This document shows, piece by piece, positions 9,543-19,037 of a stretch of 64,000 nucleotides of DNA. Each line of letters begins with the position of its first letter. Position 1 is the first letter of the stretch. The position numbers were made by a program, and so were the translations under genes. Origin of the DNA: Candidatus Sericytochromatia bacterium (GTDB lineage Bacteria > Cyanobacteriota > Sericytochromatia > S15B-MN24 > JAQBPE01); assembly GCA_040400605.1 (NCBI GenBank), contig JBBAPZ010000002.1, forward strand, positions 123,650 through 187,649, written 5' to 3'. The notes under the pieces were generated by a model. It did no database searches. It saw only the letters and a program-made list of their open reading frames with translations, and had not been told where the DNA came from.

Positions 9543-10085
9543 ATGACCGTGAAAGTGATGAGTTTTGAGCCCACGCCAAACCCGAACGCCATGAAGTTCA
9601 ATGTGAGTGAACGTCTGATTGAGGGGGGCTCGCGTTCGTTCGAGACCCCGTCGGCCGCTTCGGATGATGTGTTGGCGAGTCATTTGTTTGCTTTGGGCAA
9701 GGTGACGAGTGTATTTTACATGCCAGGATTTGTGACGGTGACGCGCACGCCCGATGCCGATTGGTCCAGTTTGGCGCCGATGGTGGCGCGCACCATTGAG
9801 ACTGTCAGCCTGCCGGTTGCGCAAGAAGCCATCGCGGGTGATGACCCGGCGGATGGCAATGAGACGATGCGACGGATACACCGCGTGTTGAATGAGCAGA
9901 TTCTGCCTGCACTCGCCGGCGATGGTGGCGGGCTTGAGGTGGTTGGTTTGGAAGGGCACACGCTCACAATTCGTTATCAGGGAGCTTGCGGCAGTTGTCC
10001 GAGTTCGATCGCAGGCACCTTGAATGCGATTCAAAACCTGCTGCAAGCCGAAGTGGATGAGAAACTGACGGTTGTCGCCGCCTGA
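9543..10085 (+). CDS. NifU/Nfu-type Fe-S cluster carrier
   Basis: N-terminal PTPNPNAMKF domain; C-terminal DGG...GACGSCPSS. Confidence 0.9.
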   Translation: MTVKVMSFEPTPNPNAMKFNVSERLIEGGSRSFETPSAASDDVLASHLFALGKVTSVFYMPGFVTVTRTPDADWSSLAPMVARTIETVSLPVAQEAIAGDDPADGNETMRRIHRVLNEQILPALAGDGGGLEVVGLEGHTLTIRYQGACGSCPSSIAGTLNAIQNLLQAEVDEKLTVVAA

Positions 10086-10095
10086 TGGGCCAAGT

Positions 10096-10123
10096 GGCCC
10101 CAAGAGACTTCTTTGGGGCCTTT
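10096..10123 (+). terminator. putative terminator
   Basis: GGCCCCAA...TTGGGGCC stem followed by TTT. Confidence 0.6.
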
Positions 10124-10475
10124 AAACGCTTGTTCGACACTTCAACAAATCGAGGCCCTCTGCCACTCAGCGTCTTGTCACTTGTTCGCGTATGGTGGTT
10201 GGCCAATGACGCGGAAACCTTTATGGCGCCATAAAATCACGTGGCGGCTTATGATCAGAACTCGATTTGATAGAACCGCGTTGCTTGATAATCGCGTTTT
10301 TGGCAAGCGTTGATTATCGGTTGATGGTTGCTTGGACTTTTTGTAATGACAGCACATGTTCGAACGAAAACCGATGGGTTTCTGTTGAATCATTGCATTT
10401 TTGGATGATGTTTTTTCACCGACAGAGCCGTTACGGGATGGTCAGGCTCTGGTGAAATGAAAGGTTGAGTGGCCT

Positions 10476-10862
10476 TCAAACGGAGCGGGCAAGCTGTTGC
10501 CCGAGTAAAATGGCGCCGATGCCCCCGGCACTGCTGCCAAGCCAATAAAGCACCGCTGCGGCTTGGTGTCCGGTGTTCCATAAGGTGACCAATTCCAGAC
10601 TGAAGGTGGAGAATGTGGTGAAGGCGCCGCAAAAACCCGCGGCTAGCCCGATGCGCCAGTTTGGCGTGGGCCACGTGTGGGACTGGGCACTCAGATAGCC
10701 CAGCAGCAGGGCTCCGCCCAAATTGACCAGTAAGGTCGCGCCAAGGAGCGCCCATGGACCGCCCGGTTGCAACGCGAGTAAACGCGGTGTGAGTGAGACG
10801 CTGACGGCGAAGCGTGCCAAGGTGCCGCTGGCACCCCCGAGAACCAAAAAGAGCAGTTTCAC
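10476..10862 (-). CDS. crcB: fluoride channel Fluc/CrcB
   Basis: GGASGTLARF, TLLVNLGG, GFCGAFTTFSTF signature. Confidence 0.95.
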   Translation of the reverse strand: MKLLFLVLGGASGTLARFAVSVSLTPRLLALQPGGPWALLGATLLVNLGGALLLGYLSAQSHTWPTPNWRIGLAAGFCGAFTTFSTFSLELVTLWNTGHQAAAVLYWLGSSAGGIGAILLGQQLARSV

Positions 10863-11132
10863 GCTACCCCTTTCACGCCGCAATCCCATCGAGCCGGGCG
10901 ATCGCCCCCAAGCCCTGTCGAGCAACCGTACTCAGGCCTGCCATCGAATGTGGCTCGGTTATCATAACATTCTAAAAAAAAGGATGACAGGTCGCGAACA
11001 CTTTGCTATAGTTTTAACAATCTTGACTTTAGATTCTCTTAACCTCTTACGGAAGGTCTGACAGGTCTCTGAAACGATGCTGACGGTGTTGTCAGTGCGC
11101 TTGGGTTGGAGGAATCGGTGGGCACTCACGGA

Positions 11133-11981
11133 ATGAAGACCTGTGGTGGGGTGCTCCGGGCCGTTTGGCTGGGGTTGAGTGTCTTGGCGCTTGGTGCGTG
11201 TGGGCAGTCGCAGGGTGCGATTCTGGTTGGCGATTCAGTGCTTCGTGCGGATGCCAAAGCGTCGCTTGAGACTCATTATCGTGTGGTGAAGCAGGAAACA
11301 GGCGCTGAGTTGTTGGCCGTGCTGCATACGCTGAGTGCCAAGGGGCAGCGGGTGGTCAGTTATGACCAGGCCCGGGATTGGTTGTTTGGAAGCATTGATG
11401 ATCCGACGAATCAAAATCGGATCAAGGATGTGTATTTGGGGCGGCTAGGTTTTGCTATCACGGATTCGCGGGATGCCTTTCATCGTGGTTTCAACGCTGA
11501 ACACACGTGGCCCCAAAGTTTGGGTGCTGAACAGGAGCCGGTTCGCAGTGACTTGCATCATCTCTTTCCGGTTGATGCAGGGGCCAATACGCAGCGCAAT
11601 CGGCATCCGCTGGGTGTTCCCGAACGGTCCATTGAGGTTTTGCCTGATTATGACAAGTCTGAGCTGCACAGTCGGATAGGTCTTCGAGCGGATTCTCGAA
11701 TTGTATTTGAGCCACGGGCTGATCACCGAGGCGACGCAGCCCGCGCCCTATTCTATGTCTATACGCGTTACGCACTGGATCGACGCTTGGGATCAAAAAT
11801 GTCCCTCAACAATTTTAAAGAGGAGCACGCGACGTTGCTCCGCTGGCATGCGAACGACCCAGTATCTGAGAACGAGCGTGCACGTCATGATCGCATCGTC
11901 AAAAAACAGGGCAATCGCAATCCGTTTATCGATCACCCGGAATATGTTACCCGCGTTGGTGACTTCTTGCGGAGACGTTGA
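11133..11981 (+). CDS. endonuclease I family extracellular nuclease (lipoprotein)
   Basis: Lipobox ALGAC; NAEHTWPQS, DLHHLFP, RGDAARA, QGNRNPFIDHPE. Confidence 0.9.
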   Translation: MKTCGGVLRAVWLGLSVLALGACGQSQGAILVGDSVLRADAKASLETHYRVVKQETGAELLAVLHTLSAKGQRVVSYDQARDWLFGSIDDPTNQNRIKDVYLGRLGFAITDSRDAFHRGFNAEHTWPQSLGAEQEPVRSDLHHLFPVDAGANTQRNRHPLGVPERSIEVLPDYDKSELHSRIGLRADSRIVFEPRADHRGDAARALFYVYTRYALDRRLGSKMSLNNFKEEHATLLRWHANDPVSENERARHDRIVKKQGNRNPFIDHPEYVTRVGDFLRRR

Positions 11982-12149
11982 TCCACAACGATACCGTGAC
12001 ACACCTTTTTTTTGTTCAAGGCTTGTCTGGCGAAGTCAAAAACCGCAGGTCTTCACGTCCTGTTACTCAACAACACCAACAACTTGATCAACCATCAATG
12101 CTTTTCCGTATCATCCCTCGGTCACCGTCAAGTTCGTCCCGTTTAGGGG

Positions 12150-12362
12150 TCAAGCGTCTTGAACCGGGCGACACGCGTCAAGCGACCAATGCTCCTCAAT
12201 GCCACGTGCCTGTGCGCGATCCCAACGCCGCGAACGGGCACCCCCCGATTCAGCCATCACATGCAGACCCAAGCCACACGGGTCGCAAACCCAGGGGTAA
12301 TCACCCTGTCCATGTTCGTAATGTTCCAGTGGGCCTCGACAAATGGGGCAATGCCACGTCAT
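12150..12362 (-). CDS. small zinc-ribbon protein
   Basis: CPIC...CDPC; GGAGAAGG RBS upstream. Confidence 0.55.
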   Translation of the reverse strand: MTWHCPICRGPLEHYEHGQGDYPWVCDPCGLGLHVMAESGGARSRRWDRAQARGIEEHWSLDACRPVQDA

Positions 12363-12629
12363 GCTTGTCACCTTCTCCACGCGATGCGACCTCAAGATGC
12401 TCTGCCTTGGCAGTGTCAGAGCCGTCTGTTATAGTAATGGCGTTGAGGGAAAAAAGCCAGATTGGGGCGCGCGAGGCGTTAGCTCGTGGAAGTTTGGCTC
12501 TGAAGCGGTTGGAATCGTTTTTGCCCTGATACCAAAGCCTCTTCCAGCGTCGCCTTGTGGGTTTGTTTGGCTGGCGGGCTTGGCGGCGTCCGGGCATTTG
12601 TTTACAGACATTGAGACAGGCGGGCATGG

Positions 12630-13889
12630 ATGCGGTATATCGACCGCGAAGAAGATTTGCGACAGTTTGCTGTGGAGTTGGCCGATGAGCGTTGGCTGGC
12701 CCTTGATACGGAATTTATTCGCGAACAGAGTTATCAGCCCAAGGTTGAACTGGTTCAGGTTGCAACGCAGGACGGGCGAATTGCGCTGATTGATTATGGT
12801 CGAATCGGGTGTTTGGCAGCTGATCCTCTCAGTTCGTTGTTGCAGGATTCGGCAGTTTTGAAGATTTTTCATGCAGCCGAGCAGGATCTTGAAATGTTTC
12901 ATCAGTTGATGGGCTGCGTGCCGGAACCGATTTGGGACACCCAATTGGTGATGGGTCTGATGGGGCATCGCGGGCGTAATGGGTATGCGGCGGTCGTGGA
13001 GGCGGTATTGGGTGTCAAACCGACCAAAGGTGAGACGTTGACGGATTGGTCCAGACGTCCGCTCAGTGTTGAGCAATTGAATTATGCCATGGAGGATGTT
13101 CGACATCTGATCCCTTTGTATCAGCGACAAGTCGAGGTTTTGCAATCGTTGGAGCGTTTGCGTTGGGCGCATGAGGAGTGCCATCGCGCGCGTCTTGCGG
13201 TTACCCGCGCTCTGGCGCTTCGTTCCAATCCGGCCACCTTGTACCGAAAGGTTCGTGGTGCGTCAAGTTTGGATCCGCGTGGATTGGCCGTAGTGCGGGA
13301 GTTGAGCGTGTGGCGTGAGCAAGAGGCCAAGCGGCGTGATCGCCCGCGGGGTTCGGTGTTGAAAGATGACATGCTGGTTGAAATCGCGCGCCGTGCGCCG
13401 ACTCACCCAAGGGCGCTCAACAGTTTGAGGGGCTTGTCCGCGCGCGATCTTGAGCGTCACGCTTTCGATTGGGTGGCTTGTGTTCAACGCGTCAATCAAA
13501 TGAATGTTGCGCAGTATCCTGCGGTGGAGGCGTCGGGGCCGGTGTTGAGTGACGCTGAACAGGCATTGGCAGCACTGCTTCAGGCGGTTTTGCATCACAT
13601 CGCAGAGCGTGAACGTTTGCAGCCTGGATTGATTGCGACAACGGCCGATCTCCACCGTTTGATTGAGGGGCACCGCACGGACGATTTGGATCATCCTGTG
13701 TTGTCAGGCTGGCGGTACCATGTTGTGGGCAGTGTCTTGAAAGCAGTCATGAACGGCCAGTACCACGTGCATTGGGAGCCGAGTCAGGCACGACTCGCCA
13801 TGGAGCCGCGCACCGTCGCTGCTGGCGGCCAGGACGATGTTCGCTCAGTGCGTGCAACAACAGGGCATGGTGATCATCCCACGTCTTGA
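12630..13889 (+). CDS. rnd: ribonuclease D
   Basis: ALDTEF, HAAEQD, DWSRRPLS, YAMEDV; HRDC region. Confidence 0.92.
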   Translation: MRYIDREEDLRQFAVELADERWLALDTEFIREQSYQPKVELVQVATQDGRIALIDYGRIGCLAADPLSSLLQDSAVLKIFHAAEQDLEMFHQLMGCVPEPIWDTQLVMGLMGHRGRNGYAAVVEAVLGVKPTKGETLTDWSRRPLSVEQLNYAMEDVRHLIPLYQRQVEVLQSLERLRWAHEECHRARLAVTRALALRSNPATLYRKVRGASSLDPRGLAVVRELSVWREQEAKRRDRPRGSVLKDDMLVEIARRAPTHPRALNSLRGLSARDLERHAFDWVACVQRVNQMNVAQYPAVEASGPVLSDAEQALAALLQAVLHHIAERERLQPGLIATTADLHRLIEGHRTDDLDHPVLSGWRYHVVGSVLKAVMNGQYHVHWEPSQARLAMEPRTVAAGGQDDVRSVRATTGHGDHPTS

Positions 13890-14056
13890 GTGTTATGCCA
13901 TCAAGCATCGATTGGTGATCAAATTTTCGCTGTTTCTGAATGACGGGACGTGAGTGCCTTAATTATTGGACTTTGGTTCAGAAATTTTGAACGCACGGCC
14001 AAAGGTCAAGGTATCGTGCCCATCCGGCAGGTTTTGAGACGTGAAACTGGAAATGC

Positions 14057-14938
14057 CTAGGCAATCCCTTGCCACTCAAGACCACACGCGCGAGCGTACG
14101 CCTCACACGTGTTGTTTAATAACCACGCAATGGTCATGGGCCCAACACCGCCCGGAACCGGAGTGATGGCAGCCGCCACCTTGACGACCTCACTGAAGGC
14201 CACGTCACCCGTAAGGCGACCATCAGGCAAACGGTTAATTCCGACGTCAATCACCACGGCGCCCGGCTTGACCATCTCACCTGTCACCAACTCCGGACGC
14301 CCGACCGCCGCAATCAAGACATCCGCATCTCGGGTGTAACGCGCCAAATTGCGCGTTTGTGAATGACACACCGTCACCGTCGCATGCGCGTTCAACAACA
14401 GCGCGGACAACGGTTTGCCGACAATCGCACTGCGGCCCAATACCACGGCATGCAAACCTGCCAAGTTGATCGCGGCATGATCCAACAGATGCATCACGCC
14501 TGCCGGCGTGCACGGACGCGGCGCCGGCTGCCCCAGTACCGTGCAACCCAGGTTGTAAGGATGAAAACCATCCACATCCTTGCTCGGAATAATCGATGCA
14601 ATCACCCGTTCAGCACGAATGTGCCCGGGCAACGGCATTTGAACCAGGATACCATCGACAGAACCATCCTGGTTCAACGCCTCAACAACCCCCAATAAAC
14701 TTTGCTCCGAAGTATCCGCGGCAAGATGCATCACCTGCGAGACCATGCCAATCTCTGCACACGCGCGTTGCTTGTGTCGGACATAAATGGATGAGGCTGG
14801 ATCATTGCCAACCTGAATAACAGCCAAGGACGGCCGACGAAGCTCTGACGGCAAGCCTTGGATCCAACTCGCCATCCTCTGACGAGATGCCCCCGCCAAA
14901 GCCTTGCCATCCAACAATCGCGCTGCTACAGCCATCAC
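14057..14938 (-). CDS. folD: methylene-THF dehydrogenase/cyclohydrolase
   Basis: KDVDGFHP, PCTPAG, GRSAIVGKP, TPVPGGVGPMT. Confidence 0.97.
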   Translation of the reverse strand: MMAVAARLLDGKALAGASRQRMASWIQGLPSELRRPSLAVIQVGNDPASSIYVRHKQRACAEIGMVSQVMHLAADTSEQSLLGVVEALNQDGSVDGILVQMPLPGHIRAERVIASIIPSKDVDGFHPYNLGCTVLGQPAPRPCTPAGVMHLLDHAAINLAGLHAVVLGRSAIVGKPLSALLLNAHATVTVCHSQTRNLARYTRDADVLIAAVGRPELVTGEMVKPGAVVIDVGINRLPDGRLTGDVAFSEVVKVAAAITPVPGGVGPMTIAWLLNNTCEAYARACGLEWQGIA

Positions 14939-15025
14939 ACGCCTCCAATCAACGGCTTGCCCATACTAAACACCGTCAGAGCAAGCGTCAACATCACCGC
15001 CGACAACCGCAACGCATCAAAGTCA

Positions 15026-16411
15026 CTAGAGGAAATTTGACGGATTGACCGCTCGGCCTTGAATCCGCACCTCAAAATGCAAGTGCGGCCCCGTTGAACG
15101 CCCCGTGTTGCCCATTTTGGCGATGACCTGCCCACCCGATACGTGATCCCCGGTTGCCACCAACAAACTGGAACAATGCGCGTAACGCGTCACAACACCA
15201 GGACCGTGCTCAATGTCCACTGCATACCCGTAAGCACCCATCCAACCTGCGCCGATCACAGTACCACCTTTGGCTGCTCGAATCGCCGTTCCAACTTCAT
15301 TCGAAATATCAATACCGGGATGGAAGGCAAATCCACGTATGCCAAATGGAGACGAGAATTGACCACCCGCCGGCCACGACAATGCGCCTACCCGATTGCC
15401 GAACTGACCGACCAGACTGCGGGATACCCTCAACCGGCCAGCCCACGGTCCCCGACTCTCTTCCCGATAGCCCCGCTCAATTTTTGGTGCGGATTGCTCA
15501 AGCAACATCTTCGCACCAGGGACAAACACTCGTTCACCTGCTTTGAGCATTGATGGCAGTCCGTCATTGTAGTCTCGTAATTTTTCAACCGAGACGCGAT
15601 AACGTTTTGCCAATTTGTCTGAAGCAATTGGCTCCGACACTTTGTGCACCAAACCATCGACCGGTGGAATCAAGAGGCGCTGCCCGATGCGCAAACGATA
15701 GCCTCGTGGCAACCCATTATAAACACGAATACTGCGTGCCCCTATGGCAAATCGCTGTCCCACTGCCGCAAATGAGTCGCCAGAAACCACCACGTACGCC
15801 ACGACACCCCGGCGTTCTCCCTGTTCAATCGGCGTTTGCGTCCGACTCAACGCTGTTGCCTTTAGCATGAGATTTTGTGCCATAAGCTGCTGCATTGCCG
15901 GGGGACTCGCTTGAGGCACCTGTGAAACAAGCGGTCTGCTTGGTAATCGATCAGCGTAAACGAACGGCGCAAGCAACAATCCGATCAAGCCGATCCACAC
16001 GAGTGATCGCGCGCCCAAAGTGGATCGCAAGCGCCCAGGCTGCATCAACCCGGCAACTGACGCGCGCGGTATCACGGAATAGCGCAGTTCACCGACACGG
16101 TCCTCAGCCGGACGGAACCCGTCGGCCTCAATACCCGCCTGCCCCGTCCACAAACGCCAAAACGGCACAGGTTGCTGGTATAAACCCACAAACGCACTTC
16201 GTGACAAGCGTGGCGCCCGATAACGTGACCCACGGGTAACAGGCGGACGAATCACATATGCCTTGATTTCAGGTTCATCGACAGTTGTTGGTTCGCTGGC
16301 AAAAGATTCGAGCAAAAACCAGTCCTCCCGAGACGATGGTTTGAAGCCCAAAATGACGTTGCGCCGTAGGAACCATCGTTGACTCACAAAGCCTGCACAA
16401 GCTTGTGCCAA
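15026..16411 (-). CDS. LysM + M23 family peptidoglycan endopeptidase (start uncertain)
   Basis: Two LysM-like segments; HPGID, YAH, STGPHLHFE; TM helix. Confidence 0.88.
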   Translation of the reverse strand: MAQACAGFVSQRWFLRRNVILGFKPSSREDWFLLESFASEPTTVDEPEIKAYVIRPPVTRGSRYRAPRLSRSAFVGLYQQPVPFWRLWTGQAGIEADGFRPAEDRVGELRYSVIPRASVAGLMQPGRLRSTLGARSLVWIGLIGLLLAPFVYADRLPSRPLVSQVPQASPPAMQQLMAQNLMLKATALSRTQTPIEQGERRGVVAYVVVSGDSFAAVGQRFAIGARSIRVYNGLPRGYRLRIGQRLLIPPVDGLVHKVSEPIASDKLAKRYRVSVEKLRDYNDGLPSMLKAGERVFVPGAKMLLEQSAPKIERGYREESRGPWAGRLRVSRSLVGQFGNRVGALSWPAGGQFSSPFGIRGFAFHPGIDISNEVGTAIRAAKGGTVIGAGWMGAYGYAVDIEHGPGVVTRYAHCSSLLVATGDHVSGGQVIAKMGNTGRSTGPHLHFEVRIQGRAVNPSNFL

Positions 16412-16492
16412 TGTCTGTGATAGAAATCATAATAACCAAGCAAAATCGTAACATTTGCTTGGTTGAACGTCAAACGAGTCGGAGTGCTTTGA

Positions 16493-17149
16493 TTAAACGG
16501 ACAGGTGCGTCTGCGCAGAGCGCCAATCCGCTAAAAACTTCTCGATGCCAATATCGGTCAATGGGTGCTGGAACATTTGCTGGAGCACCTTGAAGGGCAT
16601 TGTCGCAACGTGCGCGCCGAGCATCGCGGCCTGCGTGACATGGAGTGGATGGCGTACGCTCGCAACCAAAACTTCCGTCGTGAGATCATAGTGGCGATAG
16701 ATCGTCAGGATCTCGCGGATCAATTCCATGCCATCGAGCCCCACGTCATCCAATCGTCCAACAAACGGGCTGACGTAGGTGGCACCCGCACGCGCAGCCA
16801 AAAGCGCCTGGTTTGCCGAAAAAACCAGCGTGACGTTGGTCTTGATTCCTTCACGACTCAACGCCCGGGTCACCTGTAATCCCGCTTCAGTCATCGGTAA
16901 CTTGATCACGACGTTCGGAGCCCACGTGCAGTAGTCGTGCGCCTCGCTCAACATTCCCGCTGCATCGGTCGCCAGAACCTCCACGCTCAAAGGACCGGAA
17001 ACCAGTTCGGCGATCGCCCCGATCACAGGCTTGAGGGCCCGACCTTCGCGCGCAATCAAACTCGGATTGGTTGTTACCCCATCCACTTGACCCCATGCCA
17101 CCGCCGCACGGATTTCATCCAGGTTCGCCGTATCGAGAAAAAACTTCAC
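16493..17149 (-). CDS. fsa: transaldolase / fructose-6-phosphate aldolase (short type)
   Basis: [28 protein letters not shown]. Confidence 0.9.
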   Translation of the reverse strand: MKFFLDTANLDEIRAAVAWGQVDGVTTNPSLIAREGRALKPVIGAIAELVSGPLSVEVLATDAAGMLSEAHDYCTWAPNVVIKLPMTEAGLQVTRALSREGIKTNVTLVFSANQALLAARAGATYVSPFVGRLDDVGLDGMELIREILTIYRHYDLTTEVLVASVRHPLHVTQAAMLGAHVATMPFKVLQQMFQHPLTDIGIEKFLADWRSAQTHLSV

Positions 17150-17426
17150 AACTCTTATCCTTTCCGAAAACCGGTCCCCAAGGCCGTCTTGTCCCAAATC
17201 GGCGCAACAGGACTTGATTGTAAGCGACAAGGCGTCGGTACCACAAGCGCTCTAACCCGCATTTAACGAAAAAAATTGCTGCGTTATGTGTGATGCGTCA
17301 CACCGCCCGGCGCACGGCAGGCATTAACATAACCGCATTAAGTTGGTTCCCACGGTATTCAAGGACTGAATCAACCGGGGCGGTTCCCCTTTGCGATAAC
17401 TGAACAGATTGATGGAGCACGAATCT

Positions 17427-17879
17427 ATGACAACCAAAAAGAAATCCAACCAAGCCACGGCAAAAAGCAAGAATGCCCAAAAGCGTCAGGAAACCACGCG
17501 TTCGACGCGTGGACGCAAGAGCGCCACAGCGACCGCTGACTCAAGCCCTGTTACCCCCAACATCATCGCAGTGACCATCGTGCCGCCCGACTTGACGGAG
17601 CCGGTCAAAACGGTTGTGCCAAGCCTTTCCCCCAGCCCTGTGGCCTCGGCCACACCCAACGTCGGGTCCGCCATGACACCCCAAACAACCCGTCAACCCC
17701 TGACGATCGGGATGTTCCAGAAACGTCTCTACGAACTCGGGTTCTATGGTGGCCATTGGGATGGCGTCTACGGTCCCCTCACGCGTGATGCCGTTTGTCG
17801 CTTTCAGACACGCGAAGGCTTGCCGGTCGATGGGGATGCGACACCCGACACCCTCACCCGTATGGGCTTAACCCTTTAG
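17427..17879 (+). CDS. peptidoglycan-binding domain protein with basic/Pro-rich N-terminus
   Basis: QKRLYELGFY...DGVYGPLTRDAVCRFQ...GLPVDG (PG_binding_1 pattern). Confidence 0.8.
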   Translation: MTTKKKSNQATAKSKNAQKRQETTRSTRGRKSATATADSSPVTPNIIAVTIVPPDLTEPVKTVVPSLSPSPVASATPNVGSAMTPQTTRQPLTIGMFQKRLYELGFYGGHWDGVYGPLTRDAVCRFQTREGLPVDGDATPDTLTRMGLTL

Positions 17880-17930
17880 GCTGTTGGTGAAACGGTCCAG
17901 GAAACGCCAGCATTTCCATTAGCTTGTGCC

Positions 17931-17971
17931 ACGTGGCAGACCTTGCGCGCAAAGGTCTGCCACGTTTTTTT
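17931..17971 (+). terminator. terminator between convergent genes
   Basis: 14-bp perfect inverted repeat ACGTGGCAGACCTT/AAGGTCTGCCACGT plus T run. Confidence 0.85.
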
Positions 17972-18683
17972 AACGCGAGAGCATGCTGGCCGTCTGTTCA
18001 ATCAGCGCGTCACCCACTTGGAGGCGAAAGCCTTTGATCACTTCTTCCGCTTCGGCCCGTGCGGCAAAAGGCGTGACACCAACCACCCGCAAGGTGCCAA
18101 TGCGTTGCGGAGCGATGTTGGTCATATGGCGATAAACGGTGAAACGACTGTCGGTTTTGATGCCATCACTTTCGCCCAAATCCAGCAGGATTGTGTCTTC
18201 TTCAAGTCCTTTGATCAGACAGCGCAAGGGCAACGCCTGTCTGACGAATAACGCCAGTTGGTCCGCCAATGTCGCTTGACCACTCACCTCACCAAGCAAA
18301 CTTAACTCCCGCGAAAACTCACCGCTGCGCAAATCATACAGACGTGCACGAACACTAACCGAACCGGTATTTGGGCTGGCACGACACACCAACAAGAGAT
18401 CCGTCTTGCCAACGCCTGCAATTTTGGCACAATCCTTCAAGGAAAGCGGCACATCGAAATCAATCCGCGAGCCTTTCAACGACTGCAACAAAGCGGGACG
18501 CTCCACCCAGTCGAAGCGCCGCGTCTCATCCAGTTGTTTCCTCAAACGCTCAACGAAATCCCCCGCAGACCCTTCCAGCACCATGGCCAAACGCGGGCGC
18601 GATTCGACCGTTTCCGCATGCGCAAACGCGACAAGACACAGCCAAGTCATCACACCCAGTCGCACAGCCCTGCCAACGCCCAT
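17970..18683 (-). CDS. exported protein, CsgG/TolB-N-like plus FlgT C-terminal-like domain
   Basis: Signal peptide ending AHA; RFDWVER; C-terminal LDLGESDGIK...FTVYR...VGD. Confidence 0.65.
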   Translation of the reverse strand: MGVGRAVRLGVMTWLCLVAFAHAETVESRPRLAMVLEGSAGDFVERLRKQLDETRRFDWVERPALLQSLKGSRIDFDVPLSLKDCAKIAGVGKTDLLLVCRASPNTGSVSVRARLYDLRSGEFSRELSLLGEVSGQATLADQLALFVRQALPLRCLIKGLEEDTILLDLGESDGIKTDSRFTVYRHMTNIAPQRIGTLRVVGVTPFAARAEAEEVIKGFRLQVGDALIEQTASMLSR

Positions 18684-19037
18684 TTTGCACCCCTCGCTGC
18701 ATCACGTCCCCGTCGTCCCCACGCATCGCGTTGCCGCCTGCGTCATTCTAACACCATTGCACTAACCCTTCTGCCGATTTCATTAACGTGCACTTCCCCA
18801 TGCCAGTGACCAACACCCACCGCCTGCTACCGTGACTTCTCGTCACGCAATTCCGTCCAATCATCGCACCTGTCGGTTTTGGGCCGGCACGCCGTGCCAG
18901 CTGCCAGTGCTTGGTGCGTCTTTTCGCATTGAACATTAAGAAAAATATAATTTTGGTTTAAACGTTTTGTCTGGCAACAAGGTGACAGGGCAAAACGGGA
19001 TAACGATTCCCATGGCTGGTGGATACAGGAGGTTGGG

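Noticed and set aside
10863..10960. Fluoride riboswitch upstream of crcB
   Set aside because: GATGG is present, but the GGCGATG...CGCC stem and the downstream TGATG..CTAC pseudoknot partner were not found.
14030..14050. parS site
   Set aside because: Only the CGTGAAAC half matches; not palindromic.
14935..15135. Small ORF or folate riboswitch before folD
   Set aside because: The ORF overlaps the M23 gene, has no RBS, and I recognised no THF or ZTP riboswitch consensus.
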